Shown: positions 1 through 9,271, counted from the stretch's first letter. The stretch: DNA of 13,105 bases from Octopus sinensis (GCF_006345805.1 NW_021826814.1:1-13105); one strand, 5' to 3'. Notes: generated by a model from the letters alone, not told the origin. A program made the numbers and translations.

Positions 1-252
1 TCTATTCATAATGCGAGCGCGTGGCGCGGTGGGGTGGGGAGGACGGAGACACATTTGAACAGATAGGTGATAAACCAGGTGCAGTATTAGGCTTCTAATA
101 TCAATGGCAGAGCAAAATATTGTTGATTTGTGGAAACTATGGAAACTGAAAAACTTCAGGAAATGATACTTCTATCTGCTGACCGCTTACATAAAACTAG
201 TAGTAACAGGTTATATATACATACATATATATATATATATATATTTAGGGGG

Positions 253-441
253 GAGAATTCACAAAAAAAAAGAACAAAAGACGAAGACAGGTGGTGTAGT
301 CAACATACAGATGTATTAGTATAACGCTCGGGAAATGAAAAAGTCTTTAACGTTTCGCGCCTACGCTCTTCCACAGAAAAGAACACAGAAAGAAACAAGG
401 AGGGAAAATAAAGAATGTGTAGTGGCTATCTATCTATCATG
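253..441 (+). mobile_element. Interspersed repeat fragment (family P) embedded in (TA)n
   Basis: 253-310 (GAGAATTCACAAAAAAAAAGAACAAAAGACGAAGACAGGTGGTGTAG) is homologous to the reverse complement of 12394-12448. The downstream part with ACGTTTCG..CTACGCTCTT resembles a common octopus repeat from memory. Element class not determined. Confidence 0.6.
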
Positions 442-459
442 ATGAACATATATATATAT

Positions 460-492
<33 letters not shown>

Positions 493-850
493 TATAAGGT
501 TATATAGAGATATATATGTATATATTATGTTTATATATGTATGTGTGTATTATGTATATATTATATATATATTAAATATATATATATTATATATATATAC
601 ATATATATGGTATTCTTTCGTTATAACCCCTGTATGTACGTATGTATGTTACCTATGTATGTATGCATAGACACATATATGCATCGATGTACACACATAC
701 ACACACACACACACACGTAAGAGATAAATATACTTCGGGGCATGTGTGCGCAAGTGCGTGTGCATGTATATGCTTGCTAGAATAAGCGAGATAAATACGA
801 CGGTTTTACGAGAGTTTCGTGTATGGCACTTACGAAACCGATAATATTAA

Positions 851-1027
851 TCATTCTACAGGTACAAGGCCTGAAATTCTGGAGAGGCGGCTTGTCCATT
901 ACCCTGACTCCAGTATTCAACCGATACTTATTTTATCGAACCCGAAGGGACAAAAGGCAGAGTTAACCTAGAAAGAATTTGAACTCAGAATGTAAAGCTG
1001 GAATAAACGTTGCAGTGCATTTTGACC
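851..1027 (+). mobile_element. Diverged copy of SINE-like family R1
   Basis: Shares ..ACAAGGCCTGAAATT..TACTTATTTTATCGA.CCCGAAGGGA..AAAGGCA.AGTTAACCT..AATTTGAACTCAGAA with the copies at 6196, 10212 and 10321. Confidence 0.75.
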
Positions 1028-1368
1028 GTTTAATGAAAGTTAAGATGTTAATCGAAGCGAAAATATCCGAACACCAAATGGTGAAGGTTATTTATGAGAC
1101 GTGTTTTTTTTACACTCATTGAAACATAATATTACGGCCCGGATTAAAGGCTATATATACATATCTGTCACGTTGATTATCATTAGCATTCCTCCATTTC
1201 GCGGTCTCTTTCATTCAGATAGACGATAATGTCACAACGCTGATGAATTAATATTTAATTCATGAGCAACAACTTATGTGTGAAGTATTTCGTTGTTAGA
1301 TTATTTGAGATCTGTATATTATAATCGTCCTATATGTAGGACCACCACACTAACGTGTGTGTGTGTGC

Positions 1369-1400
<32 letters not shown>

Positions 1401-1403
<3 letters not shown>

Positions 1404-1538
1404 CTAAGAAGTTTGCTTCGCAGTCACGTGGTTTCGAGTTCCGTCTCATTACGCGGCACTTTGGGCAAGTGCCTGCTACCTCCTCATTCTATAAATACGT
1501 TGTGAGTGAATTCAGCGGACGGAAACTATGCAAACCGC
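1401..1538 (+). mobile_element. tRNA-derived SINE 5' part (family A), copy 1
   Basis: GTGCTAAGAAGTTTGCTTCGCAGTCACGTGGTTTCGAGTTCCGTCTCA..GGCACTTTGGGCAAGTG..GTGAGTGAATT..GACGGAAACT. Degenerate A/B boxes followed by a TGGGCAAGT motif; matches the abundant octopus tRNA-SINE as I recall it. The weakly similar tail after the TACA array (about 2390-2625) may be its 3' part. Confidence 0.7.
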
Positions 1539-1551
1539 ATACATACATACA

Positions 1552-1613
<62 letters not shown>

Positions 1614-1659
1614 CATACATACATACATACATATACATACATACATACATATACATACA

Positions 1660-1691
<32 letters not shown>

Positions 1692-2390
1692 CATACATAC
1701 ATACATACATACACACATACACACATACATACATACATACATACACACACATACGTACATACATACATATACATACATACATACATACATACATACATAC
1801 ATACATACATACATACATTCATACATACATGCATACATGCATACATACATACATACATACATACATACATACATACATACATACATACATGCATACATAC
1901 ATACATACATACATACATACATACATACACACATATACATACATACATACATACATACATACATACATACACACACATACATACATACATACATACATAT
2001 ACATACATACATACATACATACATACATACACACACACATACATACATACATACATACATACACATACATACATACATACATACATACATACATACATAC
2101 ATACATACATACACACACATACATACATACATACATACATATACATACATACATACATACATACATACATACATACATACATACATACATACATACACAC
2201 ACATACATACATACATACATACATATACATACATACATACATACTACATGCATGATACATACATACATACATACATACAATACATACATACATACCATAC
2301 TCATACATACATACATACCATACATACATACATACATATACATACATACATATACACACATACATACATACATACATATATTTATATACA
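1539..2390. repeat. (TACA)n array, ~850 bp, with TATA/CACA/TGCA variant units
   Basis: Read directly from the sequence; source of the HTYI/MYVC ORFs. Confidence 0.98.
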
Positions 2391-2737
2391 TGCATGTGGT
2401 TGCACGCGCCTGCACAGTGTCTGCATGCTCTGTGATTATTCGTGACAATGGATATGTTTGTGTTGCGTGTGTACGTGTTTATATGCATATATATATATAT
2501 ATATATATATATCTATATATATATTATATATATATAATATATACATACACACACAATGTAGTCGTTCACGTCTTAGCAATATAGAGTACTAATAGTTTGT
2601 GAAATAACTGGTCACTCTCTGACTAGCCATAACCAACGACCACAAAACATAGTAAGGCTCAAAAATATTAGCAGACTTATGAACGACTGACCGATCTGTA
2701 CGTGTGTGTGTGTGCGTGTGAGAGAGAGAGAGAGAGA

Positions 2738-2873
2738 GTGGCTAAGAAGTTTGCTTCGCAGTCACGTGGTTTCGAGTTCCGTCTCATTACGCGGCACTTT
2801 GGCAAGTGCCTGCTACCTCCTCATTCTATAAATACTTGTGAGTGAATTCAGCGGACGGAAACTATGCAACCGC
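2738..2873 (+). mobile_element. tRNA-derived SINE 5' part (family A), copy 2 (duplicate)
   Basis: Differs from 1401-1538 only by four single-base indels. Confidence 0.7.
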
Positions 2874-2878
2874 ATACA

Positions 2879-2910
<32 letters not shown>

Positions 2911-3743
2911 CATACATACTCCATACATACATCATACATATACATACATACATACATACATATCATACATACATACATACATATACAACATACATACATA
3001 CATACATATACATACATACATACATACATACACACATACTACATACATACATACATACATACCATACATACATACATACATACTACATACACACACATAC
3101 TACATACATACACTACATACATACATACATACATACATACATACATACACATACATACATACATTCATACTACATGCATACATACTACATACATGCATAC
3201 ATACATACATACATGCATACATACATACATCATACATACATACATACATACATGCATACATACTGCATACATACATACATACATACATACATACATACTA
3301 CACACATATACATACATACTACACATACATACATACACACACATACATACATACATACATACATATACATACATACATACATACATACCTACATACATAC
3401 ATACATACATACATACATACATACACACACATACATACATACATACATATACATACATACATACATACTACATCATATACATACATACATACATACATAC
3501 ATACATACATACACACACACACATACATACATACATACATAATACATACATACACATCCATACATACATACATACATACAACTCATACATACATACATAC
3601 ATACCTACACACACATACATACATACATACATACATATACATACATACATACATATACTACATACATACATACATACATGCACACACATACATACATACA
3701 TACATACACCCCACACATACATACATACATACATACATATACA

Positions 3744-3775
<32 letters not shown>

Positions 3776-3825
3776 CATACATACATATACACACATACAT
3801 ACATACATACATATATTTATATACA
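2874..3825. repeat. (TACA)n array, ~950 bp, many 1-nt deletions
   Basis: Read directly; the register is broken repeatedly by missing single bases. Confidence 0.98.
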
Positions 3826-4364
3826 TGTGCATGTGTGTGCACGCGCCTGCACAGTGTCTGCATGCGTCTGTGATTATTCGTGACAATGTATGTTTTGTGT
3901 TGCGTGTGTACGTGTTTATATGCATATATATATATATATATATATATATCTATATATATATTATATATATATAATATATACATACACACACAATGTAGTC
4001 GTTCCGTCTTAGCAATATAGAGTACTAATAGTTGTGAAAGAAATGGTCACTCTCTGACTAGCCATAACCAACGACCACAAAACATAGTAAGGCTCAAAAA
4101 TATTAGCAGACTTATGAACGACTGACCGATCTGTACGTGTGTGAGTGTGTGTAATTTTACACACATCTTTTCCGTTTCAGTGTATTCAGGATTTCCTTTC
4201 TCCGTTCTATTTTCCCTCATAAAACATTTCTGTCTAAACTTGTAATTCTTAATTAGCTACTAGATACTTTCAGTAAATACTTCTTCGGGTATCGATATGA
4301 CTTGCGAAGCCCATATGTATTTTACACTCATACGCCAGCACACACATGTATATAGGTGCATGGG

Positions 4365-4420
<56 letters not shown>
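4365..4420. repeat. (TCTA)n microsatellite
   Basis: About 14 perfect units, followed by (TA)n/(TACA)n. Confidence 0.97.
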
Positions 4421-4421
<1 letters not shown>

Positions 4422-4559
4422 ATATATATATATTTATACATACATACATATATATATACATACACACATATATATGTACACATAAACACAAACACACGCA
4501 CATACATATACAACACATACATCATACATGTATATATGTTGCAATACACTCACACACAC

Positions 4560-4615
<56 letters not shown>

Positions 4616-4617
<2 letters not shown>

Positions 4618-4768
4618 TATTAAAGCAGTAGGAGACAATAAAAGACCCGGACAGATAGACGATAAAAGTCGGACAGGAAGAACAACAATGAGAAGGACAG
4701 GAAAATTAAAAGGACGGATCATTCGTGGGTTTCTTTCGTCAGTCAAGTTACCAGATGTCCCTACAGTT
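4616..4768. mobile_element. Probable interspersed repeat fragment between two (TA)n tracts
   Basis: A complex ~150-bp island sharply bounded by (TA)n on both sides. It resembles an octopus repeat from memory (GGACAGGAAAA..GGACGG.TCATTCG..CAGTCAAGTT.CCAGAT). No second copy in the window. Confidence 0.4.
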
Positions 4769-4778
4769 TCAGGCAGTC

Positions 4779-4845
<67 letters not shown>

Positions 4846-5051
4846 AGACACTGTATAAATAATGGTCATTACATATTTTACCTTTATTAGAATAGATTTG
4901 GCTTATACACACACACGCACACACACACACATATATATACATATTTATTCTCACATACACATATATGTGTATGTATGTATGTATGTATGTATGTATGTAT
5001 GTATGTATGTAGTTACATATACGTGTGTGTACATATAGATATAATTCATAC

Positions 5052-5127
5052 AGTGTAGTGGTTAACACATGTGGTTTACAGCCGATGCGTTGTTCGAATC
5101 CCGAAAGGCGATGTTACAACTTTTTTT
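5052..5127 (+). pseudogene. tRNA-Val(TAC)-like relic / SINE head
   Basis: AGTGTAGTGGTTA (A box; D stem GTGT/ACAC pairs), TTTACAG anticodon-like loop, GTTCGAATCC (B box, 5092), T7 run at 5121-5127. The acceptor and T stems do not pair, so it is not a functional tRNA. Confidence 0.65.
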
Positions 5128-5140
5128 CATCTACTTAAGC

Positions 5141-5448
5141 TGTTTGAAATTATACATACATACATATACAAATAAACATATATACATATATATATACATA
5201 TATACATATATATACATACATATATATATTCATATATATATACATACATATATATATTCATATATATATACATACATATATATATATATACATACATTCA
5301 TATATATACATACATATATATATATATATACATACATTCATATATATATATATATACATACATTCATATATATATACATACATTCATATATATATATACA
5401 TACATTCATATATATATATACATACATTCATATATATATATACATATT

Positions 5449-5481
<33 letters not shown>

Positions 5482-5520
5482 ATATATATATATATATATA
5501 CATATACATTACGTTACATA
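5141..5520. repeat. (TA)n/(TACA)n compound tract with TTCA-anchored higher-order units
   Basis: TTCA at 5229, 5257, 5297, 5337, 5363, 5383, 5405, 5427. Confidence 0.9.
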
Positions 5521-5549
5521 CATTAATACTTATATATAAGCCTAGCAAA

Positions 5550-5810
5550 GCCGTGTTGTTAACAAGTTCTGTTTACAGGCTTGTTACTCTTGGTTCGATC
5601 CCGCAACACGTTAAAACTTATTTTTCTACTTTAATATCGGGTTTAGGAATGGTGCGCAGAAACTGTACAGAAGCCTGTCATAAATGCGTATCTGTGAGTA
5701 TCTTCCTGTATTTATGCTTACCAATACAAACAAACCTGCTTAATTTACCTGCTTCTGTCAAAAACGCTGATTTAGCATTTCGCTATATAGATATCGATAA
5801 AAAATAAGTA
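5550..5810 (+). mobile_element. Degenerate tRNA-derived SINE
   Basis: The head (GTTAACA..GTTTACAG..GGTTCGATCCCG) resembles 5052-5127. The body has CAGAAACTGTACAGAAGCCTGTC, similar to the GGAAACT segment of family A. Confidence 0.5.
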
Positions 5811-6014
5811 GTGGTGGTGGGGAGGTGGATATGTACGTCTCTAGTGCAATGCTTGATACCAGCAAAACCTGCCTCTAGCTTACAGGTCCAGGAGGTTGAA
5901 GGACATTCGTCGATTTCAAAGCGTTTAGGGTGTGGGACAACCACCTTCCTGAACGGGGCGACAGTTCATCGGAGGTTTAATTCACAAATAACACCGATGA
6001 TTTAATCAAATTTC

Positions 6015-6127
6015 AGTCGAGTACACTTGGTGCGTGTTCAAGGATACGACATGCCACCCGACCTGAGAATCGAAATCTACGACCTAACGTTCGTTAGTCC
6101 TGCACTTCTAACCATCAGGCCACGCAC
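6015..6127 (-). mobile_element. tRNA-derived SINE head (minus strand)
   Basis: Reverse complement reads GTGCGTGGCCTGATGGTTAG (A box)..GATTTCGATTCTC (degenerate B box)..GTCGTATCCTTGAACA. Confidence 0.6.
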
Positions 6128-6158
6128 CCCAATACGAAACAAGTGAAAATTTAAAAGG

Positions 6159-6348
6159 AATAATAATAATAATAATAATAATTATAATAATAATGCTTTC
6201 TACTGTAGGCACAAGGCCTGACATTTTGTGGATGGGAGTAAGTTGATGACATCGACCCCAGTACTTGACTGGTACTTACTTTATCGATCCCGAAGGGAGG
6301 AAAGGCAAAGTTGACCTCGGCGGAATTTTAAATAACCATGTCGCGCAC
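6159..6348 (+). mobile_element. (AAT)n + family R1 copy; left arm of the inverted repeat
   Basis: 6193-6348 aligns to the reverse complement of 10301-10460 with 147 of 160 columns identical (manual count). Confidence 0.85.
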
Positions 6349-6470
6349 ATATGGTTGAGATGTATGAGCTTGGTGTAGGTATCCTTATCAGACGGGTAGT
6401 CCATGATGGGTTTATTGGGCTTCGTATATTTGTACCTCAGTGCCACTTTGATGGCATGTGCTACTCTCTC

Positions 6471-6505
<35 letters not shown>

Positions 6506-6544
6506 CAATAACAACAACAACAGCAACGACGACAACAACAATAC

Positions 6545-6577
<33 letters not shown>
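6349..6577 (+). mobile_element. Retroelement-like 3' end with (AAT/AAC)n tail
   Basis: A complex segment (CCTTATCAGACGGGTAGTC..GGGCTTCGTATATTT..CACTTTGATGGCATG..CTCTCTC) runs into a ~107-bp AAT/AAC tract (6471-6577). It matches an octopus repeat end from memory; class unverified. Confidence 0.55.
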
Positions 6578-6579
6578 GT

Positions 6580-6585
6580 ACTTAC
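6580..6585 (-). other. 5' splice donor GTAAGT (phase 2) after the slit-like exon
   Basis: The minus strand reads AAG AGA TT|GTAAGTAC, a perfect consensus exactly at the end of the LRRNT cap. The ORF-track stop (TAA 6584-6582) lies inside this donor. Confidence 0.9.
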
Positions 6586-6893
6586 AATCTCTTTGTGTCC
6601 TTGGGTATATCACTCGGTACATATTGCAGATTCCGAAAGCTACAGTCCACAGTGGTTCCAATGCATGAACAACTAGTCGGACAATTGCGGCCCGTGCTGA
6701 AACCGTTGTACATTCTCATGGCCAGTCCGTAGCGGGCATCGACCTGTGGTAAAGCCAAGGTTAACATGAACACTAGTAAAAAGCGCAGTGCCGACGGGTG
6801 ACAACCAAAGTGGCGACCACCGGAGGAAGTTGGGCCAGAGAGCGAGGAGGCCCCAGAGAACGAAGATTTAATTCCAGTCATCGACGACATCAT
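6586..6893 (-). CDS. slit: First coding exon of a Slit-like secreted LRR protein (signal peptide + LRRNT cap); start codon uncertain
   Basis: Translation gives the hydrophobic stretch LRFLLVFMLTLAL (6788-6750), a plausible signal peptidase site VDA|R, then CPTSCSCIGTTVDCSFRNLQYVPSDIPKDTKRL (6683-6586). That is the CPxxCxCxGxxVDCxxxxLxxVPxxIPxxxxRL cap of Slit domain 1. The frame is cut inside the Leu codon (TT|GTAAGT), at the same residue where vertebrate Slit exon 1 ends (..IPRNTERL). Candidate ATGs are at 6893, 6890 and 6881. LRRNT identity is strong; slit orthology rests on one exon only. Confidence 0.8.
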
Positions 6894-6897
6894 TGCA

Positions 6898-6933
<36 letters not shown>

Positions 6934-7385
6934 TTTTTGTTGTTTTTCGTAGTAACTAGTTGATCCCGTGTCGATAATATTGATGGAGGTGGTGGTGGTG
7001 GTGGTTGTTGTAGTGCTGATGATGACAATGACAACGACGATGACGACGACGATGAAGCTGGTGATGGCGATGATGGTGACGGTGGGAATAGCGGTAATGG
7101 CGCCGACGTTGGCGCGTGTGAAGGGATGGGTACGGTGACTGAAGTTGAAATGAGGGGCGATATGACGGAAGCAGACAAAGGAGTAGCAATAGTAGTAATA
7201 GTAGTATTATCCGTTGCAGTAGTAGTAGTAATATTATTATTATAATTATTATTATTATTATTAGTAGTAGTAGTAGTAGTAGTAGTAATAGTACCACGTG
7301 AAGAGGGCATAAAACACGAAGTTGTTTTTTCAGGTGTTTTACTAGTTGTTGTTGTCACTCGAACCATCATCGCCGTTTTCGTCAT
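6894..7385 (-). other. In-frame low-complexity upstream ORF segment (N-terminal extension or open 5'UTR)
   Basis: The frame is open from the stop at 7478-7476 to the donor at 6586. The track start at 7448 is TTG; real in-frame ATGs are at 7385, 7370, 7367 and 7310. It encodes poly-N/T/S/P from AAC, ACT, AAT, TCA and CCA repeats. Coding status is unresolved. Confidence 0.35.
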
Positions 7386-7479
7386 CGCTGTTGTACCGAT
7401 GTTGTTGTTGTAGTTGTAGTTGTTGTTGTGAGCTTTTGCGATTGCCAATATTGGAATTGTCGACGGTTTTTTTTTTTAG

Positions 7480-7775
7480 TGTAGCAATTGTTATTGTTGA
7501 TGTTGTTATGGTCGTTGTGGTGGTAGTGGTTGTTGTTGTTGTTGTTAGTGTTGTAGTTTGTAGTTAGTTGTCGATGGAGTTAAAAGAGATGTTGGATTTT
7601 TTTTTTTGGGTGAATTTTATCGGTGTTGTTATTGTTGTTGTGTTGGAGGTTGTAAAATTGTAAAAATTGAAAAAATTTGTAAATGTTGCTGTTGTTGTTG
7701 TTGTTGTTGTTGTTGTTATTGTTGCTGTTGTTGTTATGGTGGTGTTGTTGTTCTTGTTGCTGTTGCAGCGTGTTT
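7480..7775. repeat. Mosaic (GTT)n/(GGT)n trinucleotide tracts upstream of the ORF
   Basis: Read directly; gives the poly-V/L/C ORFs. Confidence 0.9.
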
Positions 7776-8039
7776 CAGGAGCACGTAGATCATCTGTCGG
7801 CTCCGAAGGTGAAAAAACTACTGACAACACACCACACACAGAAAAATGTTTTGACAGGAGAAAGCGGAGCTGAAGCGAGAACACTCCTCCTGTCTCTGTC
7901 TTACTACTCCTTCTTCTTCTTCTTCTTCTTGTTGCTGCTCTGTTGTTGTCCGCGTCGCTGACTAATAATACCCCCACACATACACACTCACATACACACA
8001 CACATACACATACACACTGCTCAAACCCAGAACGAGGAT

Positions 8040-8800
8040 TTGGGACACAACCACAGCGGCGACGACGACGACGACGACGGCCACTACCACCAGCACCACC
8101 ACCACTATCACTACCGCTACCACCACGGCAGCAGCAGCAGCAGCGGAGACGGCGGTGTCGGAAGTATCGGCGGCGGCGGCGTCGAGTGGTGGTGGGGGAT
8201 TCCTCTGTGAGGACAGGTGCAGCTGCAAAAGTAATTACCGCCGCTGTTACCCAGAGAGAAGAGCAAGTGGAAAACTTCGGAACGCTTCGATCGACATCGA
8301 TAATGCTATAGCGACGGCGGCGAGGGGCAGAAATAGTGGTGATGGTGGTGGTGGTGGTGGTGGTGGTGATGGAAGTGAGGGGGTGGTGGTGGCTGATAAA
8401 GGCGGCGGCGATGACGAAGGGAGGGAGGGAGGAGAAAGAGGAGGAGGAGGAGGAGGAGGAGGAGGAGGTGACGCAGGAGGAGGAGGAGGAGGAGAAGGAG
8501 GAGCGCGAAGAGGAGGAGGAGTAGTAAGAGGAAGGGTATGATGTTCTTCTTGTGGTTGTTGAAAGGTGATTGGTGGGGTAGTGGGTGGGGGGGGACGCTA
8601 GCGCTATTGGCTTTATTGCTGCTGCATGTGGTGCGGTTGGTGGTGGTGGTGGTGGTGGAGATGACGGCGGCGGCGGCGATGGTGGAGTGGTAGTGGAAGT
8701 GGTGGTGTTAGTATTGACGATGGTGAGGGAGAGATCGCAGGGCTAGTTGCATCGCTGCTCCTAACACAAATCGGGCGCTGATATGAGCGATGCCCGAGGC
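8040..8800. promoter_or_regulatory. GC/CpG-rich trinucleotide-repeat island (5'UTR or promoter-proximal region of the slit-like gene)
   Basis: The most GC-rich stretch in an AT-rich window: CGA, CCA, CAG, GGC, GGT and GGA repeats, 0.6-1.4 kb upstream of the first in-frame ATG. The regulatory role is inferred from position and composition only. Confidence 0.4.
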
Positions 8801-9271
8801 CTGGGTTAACATAGTTGGGGAATTTAGTTTGAAAAAAAAAAAAACGAGAGTAAAATACCCCAGGAGGTAATGTTTTATATATTTATTTATTTATTTAGTC
8901 GCCTCACCGAGCCTTTTTTTTTTTTTTTCTTTTCCACCCACTTTTTTTTTTATAGTTCTCTTTCGTTCGTACTTTATTTCTTTGTTTAAATTTCGACGCG
9001 GGCGTAAAGTATTCGAGGAGGGCAGAGCACGTTCTTACACTCTCACCTAAACAAAGTTACATTGTTAAACTCATGCGCGCACACAGAAACGTACAGAGTG
9101 TTCGACAGACAGAGAGAAAAACCCGGGTGAAAGAATGTGTCTGTATGTGAGTTATACATACATGCATACACAAACATATATATATATACATGAACTAATC
9201 TACATTTAAAGGTTTGAGGCGCAGAATCATTCACGAACACTCACACATACGCTCAAACACAAGCACATACA

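Larger units (their letters stand above)
1353..4143 (+). repeat. Tandem duplication: unit 1 1353-2699 (1347 bp), unit 2 2700-4134 (1435 bp)
   Basis: The order (GT)n-(GA)n, SINE head, (TACA)n, unique tail, (TA)n, unique tail occurs twice. The last ~85 bp of the two units are identical. ACGTGTGTG is present at 1353, 2700 and 4135. Confidence 0.95.

Noticed and set aside
801-840. Hairpin GTTTCGT..ACGAAAC
   Set aside because: A 7-bp stem is expected by chance in 13 kb; no contextual support.
1293-3989. Long ORFs of 100-409 aa on both strands (HTYI.., MYVC..)
   Set aside because: They are translations of (TACA)n, which has no stop codon in any frame. No domain content.
5052-5127. Functional tRNA-Val gene
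   Set aside because: The acceptor and T stems do not pair, the anticodon stem has only about 3 pairs, and A-to-B box spacing is about 4 nt short.
4290-5799. DRE-like TATCGATA at 4290 and 5792
   Set aside because: Intronic, far from any plausible TSS, and one lies in SINE-like sequence.
5553-6005. ORFs 5553-5807 and 5811-6005 (+)
   Set aside because: Short, partly within degenerate SINE sequence, and no recognisable motif.
1-6579. Second slit exon (expected ~72-nt LRR exon, DLxxNxI.. type)
   Set aside because: I scanned the unique minus-strand segments by eye and found no phase-compatible LRR exon. It probably lies beyond position 1.
7564-8541. Poly-Gly, poly-Glu, poly-Arg and poly-Val ORFs, including 8155-8541 (+) and 7564-8001 (-)
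   Set aside because: Produced by trinucleotide repeats, open in several frames at once, and the two named ORFs begin at GTG. No recognisable domain.
8771-8797. Bulged hairpin TCGGGC..GCCCGA
   Set aside because: Short stem in GC-rich DNA; not distinguishable from chance.
8870-8956. TATA-like motifs on the minus strand (TATATAAAA, TATAAAA)
   Set aside because: They lie in homopolymer/AT-rich tracts with no clear initiator at the right spacing.
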